Of a DNA stretch of 64,000 nucleotides, positions 15,394-26,765 are shown piece after piece. The position numbers and the translations under genes are program-made. Position 1 is the first letter of the stretch; the number at the start of each line of letters is the position of its first letter. The stretch is from Piromyces finnis finn (lineage: Eukaryota; Fungi; Neocallimastigomycota): positions 310,001 through 374,000 of the forward strand of contig MCFH01000001.1 in the NCBI GenBank assembly GCA_002104945.1. The letters are read 5' to 3'. The notes beneath the pieces were generated by a model. The model made no database searches. It had not been told where the DNA came from and saw only the letters and a program-made list of their open reading frames with translations.

Positions 15394-18300
15394 ATGGATT
15401 GGAAACAGGTAAGAAATTGAAATTTTAAAATTAATAAAATGCATTTCCTTAAATTAATTATTATAATGTTTAATTTTTATTCATTTACACACTTTAAAAA
15501 AAAAAATTATTGGGTATATAAGTATATAATATTTCATATTTAATAGTTATAAATAAAAATATTAAAATAATAATTGTAATTTTAGATATTGTTATGAATT
15601 TTTCAATAAAGATGGATAATCTTTATCATATCAGATAGTTGTAATTATTTTCATTTAAACTAATTCCTTTTTTAACATAACTTTTATTATCTAAATTCCG
15701 TATTCTGTATTAATTACTTTGTTTAATATATAAATATAAATTATAATATTAAAGCCACAACGTATGGGCAATGTTCGTCCAATGTATCAAGTTCCCTCAT
15801 TTAATCCTCCAGCACTCCCACTTCAAAATGTAGCAAAGGTATAAAAAAAATTTTATATATGTACACTTTATCAATTATAAGCATTTTGTTTATACATATT
15901 CTTTTTATTAATTCCCTAAACATTTATTTTTTGTAATTGGTATAGCCATCAGTATGGACAACTCACACAGATCCAAATGGTAGAAAATATTATTATAATA
16001 CTGAAACAAAACAAAGTTCTTGGGAAAAACCTGATGAATTAAAAACTCCGTTAGAAGTAAGCGTTTATTTTAATTCCTAAAATAAAGTAATGAAAATATT
16101 AATTAAATATTTTAAAATTCTCATGATATATTCAGAAAGCACTTTCAAAATGTCCATGGAAAGAATACACTTCTAATGGTAAAAAATATTATTATAATGA
16201 AGAGACTAAAGTGTCATGTTGGGAAATGCCACAAGAATATAAAGGTATAAATAATTTTTATAGAAATAACATTTAATTTTAATATTATATTTATAAATAT
16301 ATAATTAATTAATTTTATGAATTGATTTATTTTAAAAAGATTTTCTTGCTAAAATTGAAAGTCAAAAGAATCAAGCTGCCCCAGCAACAGCAGCAACAGC
16401 AGCAACAACAGCTATTAAAACGTAAAAATTATATTTATTATAATCAGTATCATTTTTTTTTCATTATTATTTTATTTTTTAATATTTTAAATGATATTAT
16501 ATAATATATGTATGAAGTGATTCAACAACAAAATCTTCTGTTAATACAGCAAAATCTTTAACAGAAGCTCCAACTTTAAAAACTTCACCTGTAGAAAATC
16601 CATTATTATCGTCAAATAAATCAGCTATTATTCAAGGAAATTCAGTAGTAATAGACTTTAAAAGCAAAGAAGAAGCAGAAGAAGCATTTAAGAAACTTTT
16701 GAAAGATTCAGTAAAAATATATAAACTTTTTTTTTTCCAACTACTTTTTTCTTATAATAAAAATTGAATTTTAATAAAATGTTATTATAATTTATTAATA
16801 AAAACATTTTTAAAAAATCATTTATGTAATTAAATTAAATTAGGGCGTTAAATCAAATTGGACATGGAGAGATGCTGTTCTTGCTACAGGTAATAATCCA
16901 ATGTATCGTTGCTTAAAAACTGCAGAAGAAAGAAAAACTGCTTTTATGAAATATATAGATCAATGTAAAAGAGAAGAAAGGGTAAATATATTTATGCGAT
17001 TAACAATTATTTTTTAAGTATTTCTAAAAAATAGTTGAATTTATATAATGTTATTGTTATTATTAACACCATTACAACATCATTATTATATTGAAATTTG
17101 CGGAATTTATAGGAAGAAGAAAGAATAAAGCTTCAAAAAGAACGTGAGGAATTCAGAGCAGTTCTTAAATTAAGAACTGATATTACTTCAACAACAAAAT
17201 ATATGTATGTATTAAATTTAGTATTTTTAAAAATGAATAATAATAGTTGTCGGCCGAAAAAAAAAAATTAAATATCTAATATTTATATAAAAAAGAAAAT
17301 ATGCTGAAAATTTAAAGGATGAACCAACATTCTTAGCAATTGAAGATGACAGGGATAGAGAAAGTATATTTAATGAATATATTAGTGATTTAAGAAGAAA
17401 GGAAAAGGTACTATTATAAAACTTGTTTAGTTTTTTCTTGACGATGTTTTAAGTTTATTAAATTTATAAAAATTGTATTTCATTACTATAGGATAAGTTA
17501 AGAATGATAAGAAAGGAGAATATGGATAAATTAAGACAAATATTAAGAAAATTACCAATATCTTACAATACATTATGGAAGGATGCCCAAATATTATTTA
17601 AAACTTGTAGTGAATATGCTGATGATGAACAATTACAAACATTAGATCCATTAGATATTTTTTCTGTTTATGAAGAACATATTAAAAATTTAGAAGATCA
17701 ATATAATGATATGAAAGAAAAGATAAGAATGGCTAGAAGAAGAGAAGAAAGAAAGAATCGTGATGCTTTCAAAGAATTATTAAAAGAATTATGCAATTCG
17801 CATGTTATAAATGTTCGTAGTAAATGGAAGGAAATTTATACTTATATTCAAAATGATCCAAGATATTTAAATATGCTTGGTCAATCTGGTTCTACACCAT
17901 TAGAACTCTTTTGGGATGCTGTACAAAGAATTGAAGATGATTGTTATCAAGAAAAGAAAGCTGTTATGGAACTTATAAAGGTAATTTAATCACAACGATA
18001 ACCATTTATATTTGAGTAATTTTATTAGATATATTCAATATATATATATATATATATTTTTTTTTTCTCCTTGTCTTATAATATAATTTAATTTTTATAA
18101 TAATTTCTCACCAATTTATATTATAATCAAGACATATGATATTAAAGTTACACCAGATTTGAGCTTCCATCTATTTTTATCAAAGCTTCCATCAGATAGA
18201 TTAAAGGGAATTGAAGATTCTGTAATTCAGTTAGTTTATGATGACGTAAGTATACTATCATATAATGCAAGTATGAATATATATATTCGAAAAGTTTATT

Positions 18301-19065
18301 GTATACTAATTTCATGATAATGATAATTATAATTTAAATATAATTTAAATATCTAATAATGAAAAAAAAAGTGTATTTTTAAGGCTCAAATGAAGCAAAG
18401 GGAAGAAAAGAAAAAAGAAGAAAAAAAATTAAAAAAGAAGATGGATATGTTTAAGTATGCTCTTAAGAAAGTAACACCACCAATTACCATACATTCTACA
18501 TGGGAAGAGGTATATATATACATTTTTTTTTTTTTGCATAATTTTTATTTGATTTATTTATATTCATTAGTAACAAAAATGGTATCACCAATTTATAATA
18601 AATAGGTTAAACCTTTAATAGAAACAAAACCCGAATCTCAAGTATTAACAGAAGAAAATAGAATAGAAGTATTTAATAAATTAATTAAAAGACTAAAGGT
18701 AATTATTATTTTTTTTTGTACTCTATTTAATGCTAAAAGAAATTTAATTATTGATATTATTAATTTAACAGTTAAATAAGTAAAAAAATAAATCCTTGAT
18801 ATCTAATTTCATTTATTTATTTGCATTTTTTTTTTTTATATCATAATTACTTATTACTATGGTATAGGAAAAGGAAGAATTAGGAAGTGAAGAAGAAGGT
18901 TCTATTATTGAAGATAGAGATAGAAGTAGAAAAAGAAAGAAGTACGAAAAAGAACGTGATAAAAAAAGAAGACATTATAGTCATTATTATGATGAATATA
19001 AAGATGAATACAAAAAAAGATCTGATGAGAGACTAGAGGAACCAGAAGATGGCGAATTACGCTGA
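15394..19065 (+). CDS. PRP40: Pre-mRNA processing factor Prp40 (2 WW + FF domains), multi-exon; 5' end uncertain
   Basis: Two WW domains ([28 protein letters not shown]; [27 protein letters not shown]), FF repeats ([12 protein letters not shown]...WTW; [11 protein letters not shown]...SKWKEIY...[21 protein letters not shown]), and a charged tail ending EPEDGELR*. Confidence 0.92.
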
Positions 19066-19752
19066 TTCAGATGATCATACCAAAACGTTAATAAAGAATT
19101 TAATCTGTAAAGAAGGGAGAATACCTTTAATTTTTTAATGCAAAATCATTTTTCGATCGTAAATTTATAAAAGATTCAAAAAGGTCAATTTAAAAGAACT
19201 TTTAAAATATCAATCTATAATAAAAATTTTTTATCATAATTATTTTATTTCAACACACCACAACATTTATCCTAGTCATATTAATATATTTCATTAAAAA
19301 AAGATCAAAATTATTTAAAAATAAAACATATAATGAATATTTAAATAATTAATACAAGATTTGTCATAATAATAATATATTCTATTATTCTTTTTTTCCA
19401 TTTTTTTTTTTTTTTTTTCCCAACACTTTTTTTTATTCCTTTTTAAAATTTGAAAAAATGCAATCAGAATTTAATTTATTAAAAATTTCTTTACTATTTT
19501 TTTTAAAGTACTTTATTAAAGAAGTAGTATTCTTATTACTTTTATATATTTTTGTTTTAAAATATGTTTTTTTTTTTTTTTTTTTAAAAAAAAACGAAAA
19601 TAAAAATATCAAATAAAATCATATATATATAAAAAAAAAAAAAAAAAAAAAGACATTTTCTAGTTCTATTCAATTTTCCCTTTTAACGTTTTAAGTTTTT
19701 AAAAAATTTTATAATAATAATAGGTTTTAAAATTTATGATAAATTTAGAATT

Positions 19753-19764
19753 TGATTGGATAAA
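19753..19764. promoter_or_regulatory. Candidate shared promoter element (TGATTGGATAAA), copy 2, 127 nt upstream of RPF2
   Basis: Exact reverse complement of TTTATCCAATCA at 14871 and 45599. Confidence 0.5.
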
Positions 19765-19890
19765 AATTTATTAATAATTTTGGTTTTTTTTTTTTTTTTT
19801 TTTTTTAAAATATTATTAAATCTATAAAAAAAAATATTTTATTTAACTTATTATAGTTAAGGATATTAACTTTTATTATTATTACCAAAA

Positions 19891-21759
19891 ATGTTGAGAA
19901 CAATGTAAATATTGCTGAATAGAAATGATGAAAGATAAAACAAAATTTTATATACTTTTAAAAAGTTCACATAATCCGTATTTCAAAAGAAAAGACAAAA
20001 TATATTATTTTTGATTACACCTATTTTTAAATTTATTTTTTTTTTTTAATAATAATAATTGAATTTTAAGAAATTCGAAATCAAACTTTTTCAAATTTAA
20101 AACATTTAATTTTCCAAAATTTTATTTATTTATATATGAAATATATGTATATATATATAAAAGAATGAGTATTAATATATTTCTATTTATATATCTTGTA
20201 TATAATAAAATAAACATTACATAAATTATAGTAAGCCAAAAAATGCTAGATCTAAGCGGTAATTATAATTATTAATATTTTTCATTTTGAAAATCTTAAT
20301 AAAAATATTAATATATATTTTTTTAAAACATTTATAATATTATTTATTGTTATTGTTGTTGAAAAATGAAAAAATAAATTGAAATATAATTTTATTGATA
20401 AAGTGCTTTAAAAGCAAGAGAACCAAAAGTTGAAGAAAATCCAAAACAAGCTATTTTTATAAGAGGAAGTTCAACTAATCAAGTAGTCAATACTGCTTTA
20501 AGTGATTTAGTAAATTATCATTATTTTATCATTTAATTTAAATTTTATACATTTCGATATAACATACCCATTAATAATTATACCATTTTATAAATGTGAT
20601 TAAAAAAAAAAAAAAAAATGCAAATTTCAATTAATAGTGTTCAATTAAGAAGCCATACAGTACAATGTTTTCAAAAAAGAATGTTATTCATCCTTTTGAA
20701 GATCAATCTTCCTTAGAATTCTTTTCTCAAAAGAATGATGCTTCTTTATTCTGTATTGGTTCCAGCTCTAAAAAGAGACCAAATAATTTAGTTTTTGTTC
20801 GTATGTTTGATTACCAAGTATTAGATATGATTGAATTAGGAATTGAAAATTTCAAGTCTTTACATGAATTCAAGGTAAGAAAAATTGGAAATTTTATATA
20901 TTACTATAATGTTTATAATTTAATATATGTATTCTTGATAAGACAGAAATTAAATTTATTGTTTATTTTATTATTTGTTATATGTTATATGTATATATTA
21001 AAAAAACACCATAACAATCAATAATTTAAATTGAAATTGAAAAATTATTTTTAATTAAAAAATGAATAATATTCCATTTAAAAAATTTTTTAATCATGCC
21101 AAATTGTGTTATTAATTTATGGAATTTATAACAACAGAGTTCAAAATCTTCCATTGGTATGAAACCATTATTTATATTTAACGGTGAATTATTTGAACAA
21201 AGAGAAGAATATAAGAAATTAAAGAATATGTTATTAGATTTCTTCCGTGATGAAGTTGCCGAATCTGTTAATTTAAAGGGTTTAGAATATATTATTAGTG
21301 TTACTGCTGAACCAGTAGCTAATCCAACTGATTTAGGTAAAATCTTTTTCAGAGTTTATACCATTCAAATGAAAAAATCTGGAACTAAACAACCAAGAAT
21401 TGAATTAGAAGAAATGGGTCCATCATTTGATTTTGTTTTCAGAAGAAACAGATTCGCTGGTGAAGATGTTATGAAAGAAGCTACTAAGATTCCAAAGGAA
21501 AAACAAGTAAGTTTCTATTTATATATATAATTAAAAAGCAATTAATATATATATATAATTTAATAATATAATAAGGAAAAAAAAAAACAAACAAACATTT
21601 TTTTATAATTTTTAAAACTAATATGACCTATTTTTTTTTACCATTTTTTTTATTTTTCTAATAAAAGGCTAAGAAGGTTAAGAATGTATCTCATAATGAA
21701 ATTGGTGATAAGATGGGTAGAATACATATGAAGGTAATTATTTAATAATTTAATGGCAA

Positions 21760-21805
<46 letters not shown>

Positions 21806-22016
21806 AGCAAGACACAAATTATTAAAAAAAAAGAAAAAAAACAAAAACAAAAACAAAAACAAAAACTAAATATTTATTTTTAACAATAATTTTCAATCAT
21901 AGAAACAAAACTTTGATACTCTTCAAACTAGAAAGATGAAGGCTTTAAAGAAAAAGTTTAAGAAGGATGAAGATGATAATGAAGGTCCAGCTTCCAAGAA
22001 AGCCAAAGCTGCTTAA
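19891..22016 (+). CDS. RPF2: Ribosome biogenesis protein Rpf2 (Brix domain), multi-exon
   Basis: Spliced MLRTIKPKNARSKRALKAREPKVEENPKQAIFIRG; KKNVIHPFEDQSSLEFFSQKNDASLF; KKRPNNLVFVRMFDYQVLDMIELG; Brix motif PRIELEEMGPSFDF; GDKMGRIHM. Confidence 0.95.
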
Positions 22017-22625
22017 ATTCATTGATTCTATTACGACATTATTTATTTGAATGTTTTTTTTTTTTTTACCATAATCCTATAATTGAAATTAGAAAAGGAA
22101 AAAATGAATTAATTTTATATTGAAACCGTAAAATAGAATCATAACCTATATATAATTAGATTAATATAAACCTTACATAAACATAAGAATTGTTTTATTT
22201 TTATTATTTTTTTTATACAAAACATATTCATTTTTCCCCACTCATTATTTATAAATTATCAGTAATCATAATAAATAAATTAAACTGTTTTTATTTAATT
22301 AAAAAAATTATTAAATGTCAATTTTTAAAGAGTTTCTTTTCCTTTTTTAAAATTAATATTTATTATTAAGAAAAAGTAGCAAATGTTTTAAATATGAAAA
22401 GTTAAAAAACATATGTTTTCTATATTAATGAACCCAATATATTTTAAAATGTATTACACTTTATTAAACAAAGATTTTGAAAAACTTTTATATTTTTTTT
22501 TATTTTTATTTTTAATTTTCATTTCATTTTTTTTAATAAAAAAAAAAAAGATGTTAAAACTTTTCATTTTATATTTATATAAAATGATAATTACAATATA
22601 TATTTATATTTATATATATTTATTT

Positions 22626-23708
22626 TTATATTAACATATGAAATATGGATAGCATTACAGTTATTAATGTTAATATATTTAATTTATTTTTATAAAAGGA
22701 TAAACCTGCACTTTTACTTTCATCATATATATTCAATAATTTTTTGAGAGAATTATCGTTTGTTGTTTTAAGCGTTTCTCTCAGATCATCAACAATTTTA
22801 TTAATATTACATTTACAACTTGAGCTATCAAAATCACTTTCTGATTCTGTTGAACTCATATCTAATTTATAGGTATTACTACCATAATAATATATTTCCA
22901 AGGAAATCTTATCTTTTAATAAAATGTTTGCGATTTTATTACTAATAATTGCAGCCTGAGCACAATAAGAAATAGTGTTATTTTTATTACACATATTACA
23001 TATTGAGGAATTATACATATTCTTTTCATTTTTTTCACCACCTTTTAATTTCGATAGCCTATAATTAGTAATTTTATATTCTAAATCCTTTCGAAATAGT
23101 TCTTCATTTGCTTCGTAACAGTAACGTCCGCTATTTTCAATATCTTTTAAGCAATTCTGATAATGTCTAACTCTTATTATTTTATAGGCAGTTTGATAAT
23201 TATTTCCGTTATCACTGCAAACATCTCCTTTCTTATCAACAATTTCATTTAAATATTTTAAAGCGTCTATGTCTGTATTTGGATTACATACGGTTTTATA
23301 ATAATGATCTGAATTATTGTATACTAAAGGAAAATGTATATTTGATAACAATGCTTTCATACATTGAAGATTACCAAAGTTTTGTTTAGATTCTTCTTCA
23401 ATTTCCTTACTGTATGTATTTGAAAAGTTTTCATAACCATGTAAATAGTTTATTATCTCTTTTGGTAAATCATTATATTGATATTCTTTTATTATTTGGT
23501 CTTGGGTTATTGAATCAGTTATTGTTTGTTGTTGTTTATTATTTACTTGTTGATATTGTTCATTTTCCGTTTGAATTGAATTTTCATACATATAATTGTT
23601 TATTTCATTAAAATTACTACTTCCATTGTTGCCATTTAACTCTTGTTCGAATGATAATTGGGTATAAGATAGGATATGTATTAAATATAATAAATACTTT
23701 AATTTCAT
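22626..23708 (-). CDS. Intronless secreted, probably GPI-anchored, Cys-rich protein of unknown function (360 aa)
   Basis: Long ORF in AT-rich DNA; hydrophobic N-terminal signal-like MKLKYLLYLIHILSYTQLS; 10 Cys in the mature part; C-terminal small-residue site (SKSAG) followed by a hydrophobic tail LNILTLITVMLSIFHMLI. Confidence 0.75.
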   Translation of the reverse strand: MKLKYLLYLIHILSYTQLSFEQELNGNNGSSNFNEINNYMYENSIQTENEQYQQVNNKQQQTITDSITQDQIIKEYQYNDLPKEIINYLHGYENFSNTYSKEIEEESKQNFGNLQCMKALLSNIHFPLVYNNSDHYYKTVCNPNTDIDALKYLNEIVDKKGDVCSDNGNNYQTAYKIIRVRHYQNCLKDIENSGRYCYEANEELFRKDLEYKITNYRLSKLKGGEKNEKNMYNSSICNMCNKNNTISYCAQAAIISNKIANILLKDKISLEIYYYGSNTYKLDMSSTESESDFDSSSCKCNINKIVDDLRETLKTTNDNSLKKLLNIYDESKSAGLSFYKNKLNILTLITVMLSIFHMLI

Positions 23709-24879
23709 TATAAACTAATTATATATAAAATTATTTTTGTTTTTTACACTCTAAATATTTCATTATTATAAAAGAACATCAATAAAATAATTTTTAAATT
23801 AATAAAATGAAAATACAAATTAAAATCTTTATAAATTTTACCTGTTAATTTTTTAATTTTTTTTTTAATTGAATATAAAGTTTTAATTGGAATGTTTCTT
23901 TCTTTACTATTATATTTTATGTGAATTTTAATTATTCATTTTATATAATAAATCATTAATTATTATTGTTTAATAAAACAACTATATTTTTAATTTTTAT
24001 TTAGAAAAAAAAAAAAAAAAAATACAAAAAAAACCCAGATCCTTCTCTTTTTCAAAAATTTTTTACAATACATATTATGTATATATAATATATATAAATA
24101 ATAATCAATAGTTCAATTAATAATTATAATCTATATAAATTATATAATAGTTAATGATCGTTTGAAAGTTAAATTTTATTAAAATATAAAACTCAAAAAA
24201 ATATTAATTTTATATATGATATAATTTAAAATAATATATATTAGAATAGCATTGAATCCATAATGGATGATTTGGACTAATCTTATTAAATTAAGTTTAT
24301 TATGTAACATTAATTCTACTCTATTAATGTAACACAATGTTATTTTATATAAAATAAACTTTTATTATAAACTTACTTAATATAAATATAATATATTATA
24401 AGTATATTTGTATAATTTGTATAATACATTTAGAAAAATAAACAAAAAAAGTAAAAAAATATATTCATTAAACTTTTCATTTAATATTTTATTTTAATTA
24501 AAATTTAAATTAATAAAATGTTAAATATTATTATAATACTATTAAATGATTGGATATTATGGTTACATAATTTTAAAATGTTTAAAAATTCTTGGTAATT
24601 AAAATTAAAAGAAAAAACCTTATAATATATAATTAGTATAAAAATAACAAACTTTAAATATTATAAAAATGTAGGATGATTCATTTTATTTATAAAACTA
24701 AAAAAGTGGATTTCAGATAATAATTATCAAAAATAATATATAAATTAAAATATTAATTATTAAATAATATATTTATAATATCATTAATTAAAGATGATAT
24801 AACTCAGTTTTTTTTTACACTCAGCTTTTATAACTTATATACTTTAACATAGTATTAAATAAAATTTTTATGTTCATTT

Positions 24880-25560
24880 TTAAGATACAGCTTGCTCAAA
24901 TTGATTCTATATTTTATCTTCAGATTTAAGCTTCATCCTTGAGTTTTTTGACCTAAAGTATAGCAATTTCCTTGTGATCTTTATTCAATCTAAAAATAAG
25001 ATCTATAATTGTTGGCTTTTTTTAGCGTATTAACTACTGGAACGCCTAGAAGGATTAAATTTTTTATAAAGTTTTCTCTCTAAGATTTCTTACGAGTTCT
25101 TGGTTATGGGAAAACAAATTTTTAGCTTAATTAGATAATGACATTGTAGGTACTGTAAAATGATACTTTTGATTTATTATTATTCGATTTACTTGCTTTA
25201 TCCATTTTAATGACTCACTATCATATTAATAAAAAAACTTCATTTAATATAACTTTTTCTCTAGAATATCAAACAACGAAAATAATCAAACTAACAGGTT
25301 CATGAATCATGCTCGTTTAGTTGATGAAAGGATAAAGTATTTAATTTTGAATTTTATAAAGAATATTGATATGCCTTCGCTAATTGCAAACTTACTTGCC
25401 AAGTCACCAATAATCAAAATTGGATATTCACTGAAATTATCAATAAAACTAAAGATATTGAATACATTAATTTCCATTATTTCAAAGATCCAATCAAAGA
25501 AAGAATTCAAAATAGTAATAAATATATATTGTAGAGATGTTTATTCAAAAAAAGTTGCTT
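24880..25560 (-). mobile_element. Probable decayed non-LTR (LINE-like) retrotransposon fragment, AP-endonuclease-like region
   Basis: Minus-strand SEYPILIIGDL resembles the APE ..II.GD(F/L)N motif, followed by fragmentary FDYF and a possible frameshifted SDH; the downstream frame is interrupted by many stops. GC-enriched island in intergenic DNA. Motif-level evidence only. Confidence 0.35.
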
Positions 25561-26765
25561 TCCAAAAATACTTTTTGTTGTATTCATAAAAATATTTACC
25601 TAATTATTAAAATTGTTATGTACTAGTTGATGAATGAATTATTGATGGAGTACCTGAACCAATGATATAACTTGTAAAGTTTATTTTTTTGATATTGATA
25701 GAATACATATTAACTTTTTAATCTATAATGTTAAAAAATAGTTAAGAGTATAAAATAAAAAAAAGTAGCTATAATGAAATATTACTAGTTTAATTTTTTT
25801 TTTTTTTTAATTCATAGTTTATCAATATTTAAAATTTGCATTTTACCAAGTATGGAAATAAATCCGCTTAAATATTTCTTTTTAAAATAGATTCAAAATC
25901 TTAAAAATGAAATATTTTTCAATAAAGTTACTATAAATTATTATTTAGTCTTTGTAATATTTACAATTTCATTATTAATTATTAATATTTATATAATAAT
26001 TTAATAGTAACGTTAATTTTTTTTAAAAAGATAAGAGTATATAAACAATAATGAATTAATAATTAATAAACTAATAATGAATTATTATTATCATCATTAT
26101 TATAATTAGTACTATTAGTATTAGTACTTTGATAAAAGTCTTTATTTCATAAAATATAAAATATAATTTTTATTAAATTTTGATCTATTAAAATAAGATA
26201 TAGACAATTTATTCATTGAATAAGTAATTATATTGATAAAAAGGAATAATCTTTTGTAATAGTAATAAGAGTTTGATTATAGTAAATAAATAAATAAATA
26301 GATAAAAAAATAAAAATGAATGAATGAATAAATAAATGTATAGATATGAAAATCTTCTATTATACATTATTTTGTTATGTATAAACCCTATATGAGTATT
26401 GATATTTATCCATTATCTTTAGAAAATTCATACTTTTTGCTTTTAAAATATGTTTTGAATTTTTAAATTTGAATTTTTAAATTTGTGGTAATCATTAAGT
26501 TTAAAATTTTTAAAAACTAAAATTCTATATTAAAGAATATTTCTTTTTTAAGAAGTACTTTATTTTTAATTAATATTTTTAAAGCTAAATTTTAAATATA
26601 TCTTTTTTTTTTTTGTTCTAGTAATAAAAATAAAAAAGTAAAAAAAAAAAAGGTTAATCAATGTAATATTGTAAGAACATTTTATATTAATTATATTATT
26701 ATTATTAATAAAAAGATATTATTATTTTAATAGAAAAGAGGATATATAAAAAAAAAAAAAAAAAA

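Noticed and set aside
16322-16504. Poly-Gln ORF ([10 protein letters not shown]) in the ORF track
   Set aside because: Wrong frame of a PRP40 exon; the spliced frame reads [16 protein letters not shown].
19924-19930. Box C-like ATGATGA in RPF2 intron 1 (intronic snoRNA)
   Set aside because: No downstream box D (CTGA) or terminal stem within the intron.
24980-25110. PRTR...NLILLGVP...AN..RSY resembles the group II intron maturase C-terminal region
   Set aside because: Needs a ~9-aa gap; no RT motif (YADD) or domain V nearby; the adjacent APE-like motif fits a LINE better. An HMM search would settle it.
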